A stretch of DNA of 64,000 nt. It comes from Malacoraja senta. Its lineage: Eukaryota. Position numbers and translations under genes: made by a program. Of the stretch, positions 48,951-62,689 are shown piece by piece. Position 1 is the first letter of the stretch. The number at the start of each line of letters is the position of its first letter. The DNA is taken from contig CM075989.1 of the NCBI GenBank assembly GCA_038087875.1, positions 806,001 to 870,000 of the forward strand, given 5' to 3'. The notes beneath the pieces are model-generated. The model had not been told where the DNA came from and made no database searches. It saw nothing but the letters and a program-made list of their open reading frames with translations.

Positions 48951-50762
48951 CGGCGTGGATGATGGGCCGAAGTGCCAGTTTCCACGCTGTATCTCTAAAC
49001 TAAACTAAATGTGTCATCTAAAGAACGCGGGGCTATGTGATAGATAGAATGGATGTCAGATCTCGGGAAATGTTCTCCAGTCTTTAACATTTGAAACCTG
49101 GGAGGGAAAAGCACTGAAATCTAAAAACTAAAACGTATCCACTTTTACAATTGCACCAGATGAAACATCCTATCACTGGGCGTGGCATCTGTTCCATCAA
49201 AGAATGAAAATTGCAGAGAATTTAGTAGAGTAGCCCAGTCCCTCACACAAACCAGCAACCCTCTCCCAACACATCGACTCCATCTGCCCTTTAACGCTGC
49301 CACGGGTAAACAGCCAACATGGTCAAGCACTACATATACCCCAGTCATTCCCTCTTCTCATGTCTCCCAATGGACAGAAGATACAAAAGCTCAAAAGCAT
49401 GTAGCACCAAATTTAAGAACAGCTTCTTTCCTGCTATAATTAATTTTAACTTCGGAGTCACGTGAGTGACTATGTGAAGAACCCCGCCAGTACGCCTGCG
49501 CGTCATTACGTCAGACGCATTGGCGCAAACGGACGTGAGGAGCTCTCTAGTGTAAATGAAGTTGTGAACTACAAGGTAAGTAAAAAAAAAATTGTAATTT
49601 CCATGTCCGTTGGCTATGGGTCTGTGGGGATTTTTTCAACAGGCACCATGGAAAAAACGGGCAAGGGGAGGAGGCGAGCGGCACAGCCGGTAGAGAGCCG
49701 CCTCTAACCCCAGTACAGTCGCCAGCGGAGAGCGTAGCGACTGTGGATTTTGGGGCTGAAATGAATGCAGTCAGCACCAGTCGGGTGCAATGCGAAGCCG
49801 CAAAGCTGACAGAGAGCCGCGGGAATGCGGTTGGTAAAGGACTGCCTCATACCCCTATAACAGTCGCCGGCTGGGAGCGGGGCGACTGTGGACTTGTGTG
49901 TTAAGAAAAAGAACGGAGCCAGCGTCAGTTGGGCGCTAGGCAACATACAAGTCAGGTCCATGGAGCAAGAGTCAGTTTGGGATTCACCTCCAAGGCTGGA
50001 TACCACTTTTTGAGTGGATATTCCAAATGGAGAACCTGTACACAGGTTGCTCCAACAAGACATACTCCAGGAGGAGTGATGTCAGAGCCAGGCTCCAGAA
50101 GCCAGGTCAGCAGCACCTAGTAAAGGGCTGCTTGATAGCACCCTCATTGATGAGGCGCGTGCACAGGGTTAGCAGAGTTTCCAAAACAAGTGAAGACGGC
50201 AGCTGCCAGATGGGCTATTCCTGGCAGTACGATTTGCTGCTCTGTGAGAGTTCTGACCCTGAGTCTGACGGTGAGGCCGATACAAGCGAAGACGGCAGCT
50301 GCCAGATGTTTACTCCTGGCAGTACGATTCGCTGCCCCGTCAGAGTCAGGAGAGTCACTGGGAAAGAAAGTGGCCTCTGTGATCAACTATTGTGTCTTCC
50401 ATCAGCTCTAGTAGCTTACGATGGATGAAAATGCCAAAAAAGCACGATATCCCAATGTAAAATGACTTGGTTCCTACACAGAGTCTTTTACTGATGGTTT
50501 ATTAAATCACTAACACACACCATGCAATAGCTGTCCGTGGTCATCACTGGAGCTAGAGAGAGGGCTGGAGGTGGGAACCTTACAATTATAGGAGAGACAA
50601 TGGGGAGTGGTTAGTAGTGGTGAGGTCACTAAGTTAAAGGAACATGCACTGATCTACATCCCTCCTCTTGGAAACAAAAACATGGCAATACACAGAGCGA
50701 CCACGGCTCATACGCTAGGATTACAAACCGCGCTGGGAACAGTTAATCGTGTCATAACACAG

Positions 50763-53700
50763 CTAAGCGAGCTCCCCGCAACGGACAGGCGGCTTGACCA
50801 ACCGGCCATAGCGGGTGCGCAACCCGCATTCCCCCTCAACCGCAGGAGCAGAAGGGACAGAGTCAGGGAAAGCGGTGGGAGAGCCGGGCGGGGAACGAAC
50901 CGGAGACGGAAGAGAACAGCGAGGCGAAACGGGCACGCTGGCAGGCAAGGCAGGGGAAAGAGGCTTGTGAGCGCGGGGCATAGAGAGCTGGGAGGGCAGT
51001 TTCCGCGACATGCGAGGAGTGACAGGGGCTGGCGGAGCCTCGGGCAGAATGGAAGGGATAGGTGGCTGAAACGGGTCCGCGGGAGGCGGAGGAGGCTCGT
51101 TGACGAGCAGGAGGTGCTGGCGTGACCGACGGTAGATAGCGCCCTCATAGTCGACGAGGTATGACCGAGGAGAGCCAGCATTACCAACCACTACGGCCAG
51201 CCTGTAGTGCCCGGAGGGGGACTGCATCCGAACCACCTGGCCCGGGAACAGGCAAGGAAGCGGCCGGGCCGACTTGTCAAAGGAGCGCTTCTGGATGGCT
51301 TTCTTCTCGATGATGCGCTCTGTGACAGCAGCAGAGTTCTGGACTGAGGGTTTGAGGGACTGTTGCGAGACAGGGAGAGGTGGTCTAGTGGTGCGGGACA
51401 TGAGGCGTTGGGCAGGTGAACCGAGCACGGGGTCGCGGGAAATGTTGCGGAGGTTGAGGAGGGCAAGGTAGAAGTCGGAATGTGAAAGGCGGCAGTGTTC
51501 CAGCAGCTCCTTGGCACTGCGGACGGCGCGTTCCGCAAGGCCGTTGCTCTGCGGATACTCAGGGCTGCTGGTTATGTGACGAAAGTTCCAACGGGCAGCG
51601 AAGGCACGGAACTCGGCGCTGGAGAACTGGCTGCCGTTGTCCGATTGGAGGGTCACCGGGGGTCCATGGGTGCAAAAGTGTTGGCGAAGCTTCCCGATGA
51701 CGGCGGCAGAGGTGATGGAAGGCAGCTGATCCACCTCAAACCAACTGGAGTATGAGTCCACCAGGACCAGGAAATGCTTGCCACGCCATTCGAAAAGGTC
51801 CGTGGCAATATACATCCACGGTAGCTCGGGGGCCGGCTGCTGCAGGAGGGGCTGGCGCTGCTGATGAGGCAGGAGACTGTTACAGGCAGCGCAAACGGAG
51901 ACCCTGTCACGGATGTCCTGAGCCATACCTGGCCAGTAGAATTGGCTCTGGGCCTGGGACAAAGTGGCCTCCACCCCGGGTGGCCATCGTGTGCAGTTTG
52001 AAAATAGTGATCCCGCAGAGCGGCCGGCACCACGACCTTGTGACCCTTCACCACCACGCCGTAATGTAGCACTAGTTCATCACGAACCAGGAAGTAGGGC
52101 ACGGCACCAGCCGGCAGGGAAGAGCGTCGGTCAGGCCAACCATGGCGGATAACGTCCGCAAGTTCTTGCAGGGCAGGATCATCAGCAGTGTGTTTGACCA
52201 GGGACTGCATCTGCTGGGATGGAACAATGTTAACATCAGTACCATCAGGTCAGAGGATTCGTACGGGTGGCGGGCAACTGAAGGGAGCGGCGCATGGGAC
52301 AATGTGTCGGCCACAAACATATCTTTGCCCTTGCGGTAGCACAATCCGGAACGTGAAACGCTGGAGCTGCAGCATCATCCGCTGCAACCGGGAAGAGGCG
52401 ACATGGATAGGCTTGTTCAGAATAGTGACCAGTGGCTGGGTGGTCAGTCTCAATGGTGAAGGTGTTGCCCAGAATGTAATCCCTAAACTTGGAGCAGGCG
52501 AACACCACGGCAAGTAGCTCCTTCTCGATCTGTCATAACGTTGCTCGGCAGGGGTCATGGTGCGAGAAGCGTAGGAGACAGTAGCTGCAGGCCGTCATAA
52601 AGCTGCAGACATGCGGCACGAGACCGAACTTAGAGGCATCACAAGTGAGGACAATTGGTCTGTGCAGATCGAAGAACTTGAGAGTCCGGTGTGTGTGTGA
52701 GCCTGGACTTCAGAGCCACGAACGCCGACTGGTGATGCGGGAGCCAGACCCATGCGGAGTCTTCTTGATCAGCTCCCTCAGGGGAGCACTCAGTTCGCTG
52801 AGGTCAGGTACGAACTTCCCCAGGTAATTGACCAGGCCCAGGAAGCGCTGCAGGCCGGGAACGTCAGTAGGAGCGGGCATCTCGGTGACTGCTGATGTTT
52901 TCTGGGGGTCAGGCTTTAAACCCCCTGCCGTGAAAACGTGACCAACGTAAGTGACTTCCGGGACCCGGAACCGACACTTCTTGGGGTTGAGCTTGAGATT
53001 GATTTTACGAGCCCTGTCCAGGACTTTGCGGAGGTGCAGGTCGTGCTCAGCGACGTCCCTCCCGTACACCAGGATGTCATCCACGATGATAGCGCACGGC
53101 AACCCAGCGAACAGCTGTTCCATGGTGCGCTGGAAAACCTCACTAGCCGAGTTGATCCCAAACGGCATACGGAGGAAACGGAACCTGCCGAAAGGTGTGA
53201 TGAAGGTGGTCAGGAATGAGGAACGTTCATCTAAAGGGATCTGCCAGAATGAGCTTTTGGCGTCTAAGACAGAGAAGACAGTGGCAGGACCGACCTGTGC
53301 AGCGACGTCCTCCACCGTCCGCATGGGGTAGTGCGGGCGCTTGATGGCCAGGTTCAGGTCCTTTGGATTAATGCAGATCCGGATCTCGCTCTTATCCTTC
53401 TTGGCAGCGACAACCATGTTTGAGACCCACCTGGTGGCAGCGCTCACCTCCTTGAGGATGCCCATGGTCACCATATCACGCAGAGTAGATTCCACGCGGC
53501 CCTTCATAGCGAAGGAGACGCGGTGGGCCGGTCGAACCACCGGGTCGACACTCGGGTCGACAACGATTTTATAGTCACAGGGCAATTTGCTCAAAATGTC
53601 ATCAAAACGGTCGGGGTATTCGCCCAGGGGGTCCATGGGGGCCTGCACCAGGTCAATTCCGCGGTGGAAAGAAACCAAACCAAGGTCCTGGCACGCACAG

Positions 53701-54869
53701 GCGCCCAGCAGGGTGACGTTGTCAGAATCCAGGAGGTGGAAGGTGAGGGGCCGAGAGGTCTCAAGGACTGTGCAGATAAGCGTGGCCTTCCCCACTGGAA
53801 CTAGAACTCCTCCCCCATAGACATGAAGGCGGGTGTCATCGGGAGTAACTATCTCCCCAGATCTTATCCGCTTGAAAAGGCTGATAGACATAACATTTGA
53901 AAAGGCACCAGTATCGACCTTGGCAGAGAATGAATGACCATTAACAGTAACATGCACAGAGGGATCTGTTATCGTAGCAGGTGCACCCAAAAGCAAAAAC
54001 ACCGTTGAATCACCATGGGAGGAGCTCCTATCAAAGTCCGACTGGTACTGATAACCAAGCGCGCTATCAGGGTCTGCAAGGTTGTTTAAATTCCTCCTTG
54101 GAGCAGGGAGCGGCTTATCACGGGACCGACAAGCCGCCGAAAAGTGGTTCAGTTTGCCACAGGAATTACAAGTCTTACCCTGCGCGGGGCAAACGTTGAA
54201 TTGGTGGAAAGAAAAATTACAATTGGGGCAACGGCGTGGGGTGACCTTAGCGGGCGTTGCGGCGGGGTTTCGTCGTGGCGGACCAGCGTTCCACCGGCGG
54301 CCAGCTGCACCGGTAAAGTTAATGTCCTGGGACACCGGTTAAGACACGGAGCTAACAGCAGAGGCCATACGAGCGGAATACATAGCCTCCCTTAGTGTCA
54401 AATCAGGTTTCATAAGGAGCTCGTCACGCAGCTTAGCGTTCAGGAGACCATTGACGAGGACATCCCTGATCAATTGGTCCGTGGAGATTGTTTCAAGGCG
54501 ACAGCGCCGAGCCATATGACGCAAAGAGGCAATAAAAGCGTCAATATGCTCGCCGGGATTCTGCCGCCTCTGGAAGAATTTAAAGCGTTCAATAATGTTA
54601 TTGGTAGGGATATCACAGAGGGCAGTGAATTTATCAATGAGACATACCGGGTCCCGACGGTCTTCTCCGGGGGCGAAGTCGAATGAAGCATAGTGATCCA
54701 TGGCCTCCGGGCCAGCGAGGTTGAGCAGCAGGTGAGCCTGCACAGCAGGGGTGGCATTAGGATGAGCGATGGCTGTGTAATGTTCAAAGTCGCGCTGGAA
54801 CACAGTCCAGCGGTGGACAATGTCCGTGTCAAAGACCAATATGTCGGGTCGACGACAGGAATTGGACAT
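50763..54869 (-). pseudogene. Gypsy gag-pol (in-frame TAA at 54339-54341; frameshifts in RNase H and integrase N-terminus)
   Basis: ORFs 54339-54869 and 52710-54335 share a frame; further ORFs 52250-52558, 51653-52210 and 50763-51974 (SDNGSQF, SNGLAERAV). Confidence 0.88.
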
Positions 54870-55097
54870 AATGAAAACGGGGGGGGAGACGTGAACAACT
54901 GGGAGAAAGCAAAGAATAAAAAGAAAAAACGATAAACAGGAGACGCGGGTCTACCACTTCGACACCATGTAAAATGACTTGGTTCCTACACAGAGTCTTT
55001 TACTGATGGTTTATTAAATCACTAACACACACCATGCAATAGCTGTCCGTGGTCATCACTGGAGCTAGAGAGAGGGCTGGAGGTGGGAACCTTACAA

Positions 55098-58000
55098 TTT
55101 TACTTCGGAGCCACGTGAGTGACTACGTGAAGACCCCGTCCAGCACGCATGCGCGACATTAGCGTTCACGCAGTGCAACAGCGACGACCGGGAGTACAGG
55201 CGCTCCCGCTACACGTCGGTGGAAAACTAAACAGCGGACCATCAGGTAAGTCTTACACTGAGGTCGTAATCCGCAAGCTGTGCTCTGCTCTCTATTCCAG
55301 AGGAACTGGGAACAGGAGCAGCACGGCAAAGGAGAAAACCGCCCCCCGTTCGACTCCAACAGAACGGGAGTGTTCCATCAGTGGGGGGCGAGAGGCGGCA
55401 CCTGGACCGCATATGCGGCGGTCCACCCTCATCGAGACCGAGCCGAGCCCAGTCCCGCTAGCGCAGCCTGATGAGCGGCAGCGGGCTGGAGGAAAAGTTT
55501 TAAAAAAACAAAAAAAAAACGGCCGGTTATGTCTGACTCCGATGAGGAGGCTCTCCGCCTTAGAGTGGCAGAGCTAGCCGCCTGAGCCGAATGGAAAGGC
55601 TCATGGAGCAACTGCTCCAGCGAGACTTGCTTCAGGAGCTAGAGCAGTCTCGCCAGAGGGATCAGGCACTCCCACAGCAGTGCTCTATAAATGCACTGGC
55701 CATCGCTTTCCCCTCAAAGCAGGGCAGCGTTGGCGACCAGGGCTGGGCTGGTCAGGAAGAGGGGTCATTGGCTGAAGATGTCGGGAGTACGCTTGGGGTA
55801 CAGGATCAGGAAGAGCTGCTGGGTGTGGAGATTCGCTACGTGGTTTCACCACGAGCAGGGCGGCCATTGGAGCCAAAATTGGCGGCCAGCATCAACCACC
55901 TGTCCCTCAAACCCCTACAAGACAGGTACTTAATGAGGCACTAGAGCTGGAAAACTGCAGTTCGCTCAATGTACCGGCTGTTAACAGCCAAATCTGGGGG
56001 GGGGGGACAGAGTATCCGGAACCAGGAGCTAAAATCCTCAAGCTCCTGACGACAGGGATAACAGCCTATGCTCGTTCCGTGGATGGGGTGGATATGACCA
56101 CAAACCAGCAAGACACTCTGGCTCTGCTGTGCTACACCCAATATGAGATAAATAACCTCCGCAAGGAGAGAATAAGACCTGCCCTCAATCCCAGGTTTGC
56201 AGGACTGTGTAAAACACCGGCCTCAGAGCCGCAGATCCTGTTATTTGGAAGGACAAGTGAAAGACATGGAGGAGGAGTCCAAAGCATTTGGCCTCATGAG
56301 GGCAGGCCCCGGAACGAGCAGACCCACACAAAAAACCAGACGGCAGTACCCCACCGCGTCCACCAGTCAAGGTCAAATTTATGTCACTGGTGAAAGCTCG
56401 GGGTCCGCATACTATCCCCGAAAGCCTTTTTAGGCCAGGGCCCAGAGCGGACCCCATGGAAAATGCGCCACCCCCAATCAGCAGTACATCAGCAGTACAT
56501 CCAGCAGTATAACGACGGATGAACAAACGGAAGAAAGGAACACTACCATAACTATGGAGGTAGGTGGGTCTGGTTCCTACCAGCATGTAAATGGGGAACT
56601 GTACTAACAGTAGGTGTCTCACGAATGATAGTTATATACTTAACAGTATTCGGGGATACAAAATAGAGTTCATTCACGAAAACATGCCACCAGTACAGCA
56701 CGTACCCCAAAGGGTCTTTACCCTCTCAGTCAAAGAGAAACTATAGGCTCAAGAAGAACTGGTGAGGTTACTTACAAAGGGTGTCATTGAGAAATCCAAA
56801 CATGATCCTTTGGAATTTGTCTCAAATATATTTACCAAAAGTAAAAAAGATGGTGGATGTCGCATCATCATTGACTTAACCTCACTAAATACCTTTGTTA
56901 AGTATGTACATTTCAAAATGGAAACATTTGTAACTGCTAAACAACTGATTTCCAAAGGATACTTTATGGCAAGCATTGATTTAAAAGATGCCTACTATTC
57001 AGTACCCATTCACAAGGGTCATCGCAGATACCTGAAAATTTACCTGGATGGGGCAACTATGGCAGTATAAAGTATTGCCTAATGGGTTGACATCAGCCTT
57101 AGACATATTGTCATGGCGTATCTTGATGATATCCTAATAGTTGGCAAAACCATGGAATTGGCTAAATCAGCTGTATTAGCTACCAAATAATTGTTTGAAA
57201 CCCTGGGTTTGTCATACATCCAGATAAATCTAAGATGACGCCATCCACAACAATGGACTATCTGGGAATCAATTAACTCAATCCACATGTCTGTAACGTT
57301 GCCAAAAGGTAAAGCAGCAGAATTGGCACAGATGTGCAACAATTTAATGGTAAGCAATCGACCAACCATCCGACAAGTGGCAAGAGTAATTGGCAAAATG
57401 GTAGCAGCATTTTCAGCTACACAATTTGGACTCCTGCACTATCAGCACCTACAAAGGGCAAAAGTACAGGCGTTGAAACGACATGCAGGTCACTTTGACA
57501 GATCCATGAAACTACCCATTGAAGCAATATCAGAGTTACAATGGTGGATATAACACATTTGGCATAGTTCCAGCCCTATCATCATCAATAACCCAACGTT
57601 AACTATACAAACAGATGCCAGTGCTCAAGGCTGGGGAGCAACTAATACCATATCCAGCACAGGTGGTAGATGGACTAACCTAGACTCGTCTTTACTACAA
57701 ACACTGGGCATAAATTATTTGGAAATGTTGGGTGCGTTTTATGGTTTTAAAGCATATTCTAGGAATATGCACAACTTGCATGTTCATTTACAAATTGATA
57801 ATATCACGGTGGTGGCCTATATTAACCATATGACCGGAATAAAATCGATATCATGTGACAATTGGGTCAACACAATCTGGTAATGGTGGGTCGATAGACA
57901 TATTTGGCTATCAGCAACTTACCTACCAGGTAAGCTAAATACAGTGCCAGGTCACGCAAATTCAATGATAAACACCGAATGGATGTTAAATCCTAGAGCT

Positions 58001-59849
58001 TTTGCTAAAATTACAAACCAATATGGCACACCAGATATCGATCTCTTTGCATCCAGACTAAATCACCACGTACCAATGTATGTCCCTTGGGAACCACACC
58101 CTGAGGCAGCAGCGATAGATGCATTCGCTCTGAACTGGGGGACCGATTTCTTCTATGCTTTTTCCCCTTCTGCCTTAATCTGTAGGGTACTACGCAAAAT
58201 ACAGATGGACTCTGCTTCAGGTATTTTGATAGTACCAACTGGCCTACACAGCCATGGTTCCCAGTGGTCCTCGACATGGTCATCGAAACTCCTATGACTT
58301 TTCCCAGTAGCCCAGACCTATTGACGCACCCTGTATCAGGCATAAGTCATCCATGCCATGCCAAAATTAACCTACTGGGTTGCAGATTATCAAAAGACCA
58401 CTGCTGGGACTGGGATTGTCTGACAGGACCATCAACATGATGACACCGTATGTCCACCAGGAAACAATACCTATCGAGCATCAGGAAGTGGGAAAGATAC
58501 TGCTCGACTACTGGGACAACGTACTCATCTGCAACCATAACCAATGTACTGGAGTTCTGGGGGGCCTTCACCATAATGAAGGATTGAGCTACAGCGCCAT
58601 CAATACTGCCAGACGTGCGCTGTCAGCCTACTTAAAACAGGTGCCAGGACAACAGGCCATAGGGTCTCACCCGCTGGTGATCAAACTCATGAGGAGTATC
58701 GTCAACTCCAACCCTCTTAGACCTAGGTATACACAAATCTGGGATGTCAGTGTGGTCCTGACATACCTAAGGGGATGGTCCCCAGCCAGGTCTCTCACCC
58801 TGGAAAAGCTAACCCTGAAAATGGTCATGCTGATGCTACTAGTCTCAGCACAAAGAGTCCAGTCCCTCCACTTACTGCGACTGGACAACATGGTTATAAC
58901 ACCAGACCGGGTCTCATTCACCATTCAGGAGCTGCTAAAGCAGAGCAAGCAAGGAACTTGAGTCCTAGTTATGGATTTCCGGGCATACCCACCTGACCTA
59001 CGGTTGTGTGTCATGACTTACTTATTCACTTACAACAACACAACAAGAGATTCTCGAGGGAGAAAGGGAAAAAAAAAAAAAAAAAAAAAAAAAAAAAGCC
59101 TTATGGGTCAGCCACAAGAAACATCATGGTTGGGTGTCGAGCCAAACCATCTCGAGATGGCTCAAGCAGGTACTGGGAGCTGCTGGAGTAGATACTGATG
59201 TATATACATCTCACTCCACCAGGGCAGCATCCACATCGGCGGCTAAAAGAATGAACATGGAGAAAACGTTCCAAACGTTCTACCACAAGCCGCTAGCAGA
59301 ACCTGTGTTATTTGCAGAAAGAGTTTTAAAATCTGCAAAAATATATAATTTAAGCCCGGGGGAGCATTTTATCTTTTGTTATTGTTTAATAGATACCATT
59401 ATTGTTTACAAACAGATTATGGTTGATTACGATAACATACTTCCTCCCTTGAATGACTTCGGCAGCGAGTGAAGTATGAACTGTTACACGGTTTGAAATC
59501 ACAGAGCTTTGAAGTCTTCACGAAGTCACTCACGTGACTCCGAAGTAAAATAGTAAGATTAAACGAGAACTTACCAGTTTGAAGTTTGATCTGTATTTTA
59601 TGAGGAGTTACGATGAGGGATTACGTGCCCTCCGCTCCCACCCTCAAATATATAGATCAACAGGTATCTTAGTTCTCCTTTTCTTTACTATGTTTATTTC
59701 AATTATTGTGTTTCCTGTGATTCCACACCGCTGCTTTGAAGAATGTCGCGCATGCGTGCTGGACGGGGTCTTCACGTAATCCCTCATCGTAACTCCTCAT
59801 AAAATACAGATCAAACTTCAAACTGGTAAGTTCTCGTTTAATCTTACTA
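55098..59849 (+). mobile_element. DIRS retrotransposon C (complete termini, decayed ORFs) inside the Gypsy LTR
   Basis: 5' TTTTACTTCGG; perfect ITR GTGAAGACCCCGTCCAGCACGCATGCGCGACATT; ICR ~59515-59627; RT DLKDAYY and YLDD; YR HSTRAAS. Confidence 0.95.
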
Positions 59850-62689
59850 TTATAGGAGAGACAATGAGGAGTGGTTAGTAGTGGTGAGGTCACTAAGTTA
59901 AAGGAACATGCACTGATCTACACCCAAGGAACTGCGTATTGCTGAAAGTACTAGCAGTGAACCAAGATATAAAGGGTCAGATGGGCGAAGGCATGTAAGC
60001 CTAAGGAAAGTAAACTGCAGAGAATATTGAAGCTGCTGGGTTGATGAACAACTGCAATTTGCAAAACAAGGGATGGAGATGCATCAAGTGGCACTAAGGT
60101 TGCTATGTAGCGCCCAATTCGAGATAAATTGTTTCAGGAAGTATGCCATTCGGTCCACCATCAACCCAAAGTTGCAGCAACTCTGTAAAGGCCAGCAATG
60201 TGCAGTCATTCAACTTATTCTTCAGAGAAAAAACCTCATGAAACGTGGGAAAGAGTTGGATAATGAGGCAAAAACAGCAAAGTTGATCACAACATCAATG
60301 GTCATCAAGTCTGCAAAGAGGACGTATCCTTTCAGACATCATACAAAATCCTGGACCTACATCAGGATCAAATCGACCATTGAAGCAGGTGCACGTTTGA
60401 TGTCCTGCAGCAGGAAAACGAAAAAGCGTGGGTTTTGCCTGCCAGGAGCCAGGGACCACAGGTCACTCAGATGACAAAGGAGGTAGGTGGAACTGGTTCT
60501 TATGGGAACATATTAAGGCAAAAACAGCCAAATATTGGAAGCAAATTACTTCAGTTATTATTCTGAGTATTATAGAAAGGTTTCGAATTGATTCGATTCA
60601 AATACTGATTTGCCATCCAGCATGTTCCAAGCAGAACACTCCAATTTCACATTAAAATAATTGATGGAGGTTCAAGCTGAATTGAAAACTTGTTTATAAA
60701 CAAGTAATTGAAAGGTCGGTTTATCAAAACCACCAAATTGTGTTTAAAATTTCTCAACCTAAAAAGGTGAGGAGTATTTTAGATCTGACAAGTCTTTAAA
60801 ATTTTGTGAAGTATGGACACTTCAAAATGGAGACTTTGAACCTGCCAAACAATTTATTTCAAAAAAGATGTTTTATGGCACTTATAGATCTGAAAGATGT
60901 ATATTACTTAGTGTTTGTTCATTTGTAAGATAAAAATATTTAACAATTATCTGAAGGAACAATTATGGCAATTCAAAGTTCTGTCTAAACGGGTTAACTT
61001 CAGTTCCTAGAATTTCACTAAATTGGTAAAACCAATTTTGGGGCTAATTAGAGTCCAAGGACAGATGTGGATTGCTTTATTGGATGATGTCCTAATTAGG
61101 ACGAACAAGAGAATTAGTGAGTTATCTCTCTCAAATTATTCAAACCACTTTTGAAAGTTGGGTTTAAGTCATCCAGAGAGAAATTAAGGTTAACGTTACT
61201 TACAACAATTGATTATTTGATTCCATTGACAGGGTAGTAATTCACCCAGGGTAAAGGGTAAAGCTAATTGATGGTTGTCTTAAGCGGTTGGAAAAGCAAC
61301 AATCTTCAATTAAGACAGGTGGCCAGCTTGTTAGGAGAATTAGTGTTATTTCCAGCAATACAATATGGGCCATTGTACTACCAGCAGCTGCAGACTGCAA
61401 AAAGAAAAAACACTAAGATGCATGGTCGCCATTTTTTGATAGGCCATGCAGTTAAACAACAAATGCTGCTTCTGATTGCAGTAGTGGATTTAACATGTCT
61501 TCAGTAGTTCAAGCAAGATACGGATTGAACAGCCTTCCATGGTCTTAACAGACTGATATCAGTGTACTAGGATTGGTGCCACTGAAAAGGTATCCATCTG
61601 TGGACAGATGGAATATGGAAGAAGTATTATTTTGCAGACATGGAGAATCGACGTTTTACAGCTATTGGAAGGCTTATGGGCTCCAAGCTTGTTGTTAAAT
61701 ACAACTAATCTGCATGTTCAGTTTCAAATTAACAACACTACAGCAATGGCATGTATTAATGGTATGGGTGGAATTTCCATGATAACAAAGAATGGATGTT
61801 TAACCGCAAGATTTTAATGATATAATAGTCAGATTTGGGAAGCCAGATATGACTTGTTTCCATCCAGACTCAATCACCAGTTACAGAGATATGTGTTAGG
61901 GGACTACATCGGGAGACAGTAGCGATTGATGTTTCTCGCTACATTAGGATGGTATGTTTTTATATGCATTTTACATCATCCTGTCTCATAAACCGGTGTC
62001 TGCTTAAAACGAAGCAGTATGCTGCCTCTGGGGTATTCGTGGTACCAGACGGGGCTACGCAGCCATGGTTCCCTTTGATATTGAAATTTATGACACAGTT
62101 TCTGATAAATGTTTCCAAAAGAAGGAAGTTACTGGTGTATTCAATAATTGGAGAGTAACATCCGTCATATGCCTGTATGGATCTGTGAATTTGCAGGTTT
62201 TAAAAAAGAGGATTGTCTGGGCATGCTGTGACCATGCTTACAGCAGTCTGGCGGAAGAGTACTCAAAAGCAGTACATTTGTGAATCTGAGGTTGTGACTC
62301 TGTAAATGCTGCTTTCCCATTATGTAAAGAATGAGGGGAAAAATTTTCTGTGTATAAAAGCATATGGAATGTTGTACGCCACATGTCTCAAATGTCTTGG
62401 ATTTACCTCTATTTAAGGGGTTGAGTTATAGTGCGATTTATTCAGACAGAAGTATATTATTCCTCGTTTTTTATTGATGAGGTTGGAAAGACATCCTGTT
62501 GAGCCTCATTCTTTTATTTCCAGATTAATGAAAGGAATTTTAATTCCAGTCCTTCTAAACCTAGGAGGGAATCTGGAATATAGAGTTGTTTTAAGCTACT
62601 TCATCAATGGAGTCTTGGTACGATTCTGATTTGGCCAAGTTCAGCATGAAGGTAGTTATGCTTATGGCACTTGTAACATTACAAAGTTA

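Larger units (their letters stand above)
50456..59922 (-). mobile_element. Ty3/Gypsy LTR retrotransposon (Mag-like), young; its 5' LTR is split by DIRS-C
   Basis: 203-bp TG..CA LTRs (50456-50658; 54968-55099 + 59852-59922); 5-bp TSD CCCAA; PBS TGGTGTCGAAGTGG (tRNA-Leu-like); PPT AAGAGGAGGGA; domain order gag-CCHC-PR(DTGA)-RT(IVDD)-RH-IN. Confidence 0.95.

Noticed and set aside
50183..50345. ~95-bp-period imperfect direct duplication
   Set aside because: Local duplication within the decayed DIRS-B gag; no further structure.
59068..59097. Long poly-A giving a poly-Lys tract in DIRS-C; similar run at ~37657-37682
   Set aside because: Homopolymer expansion or sequencing artefact within repeats; no evidence of function.
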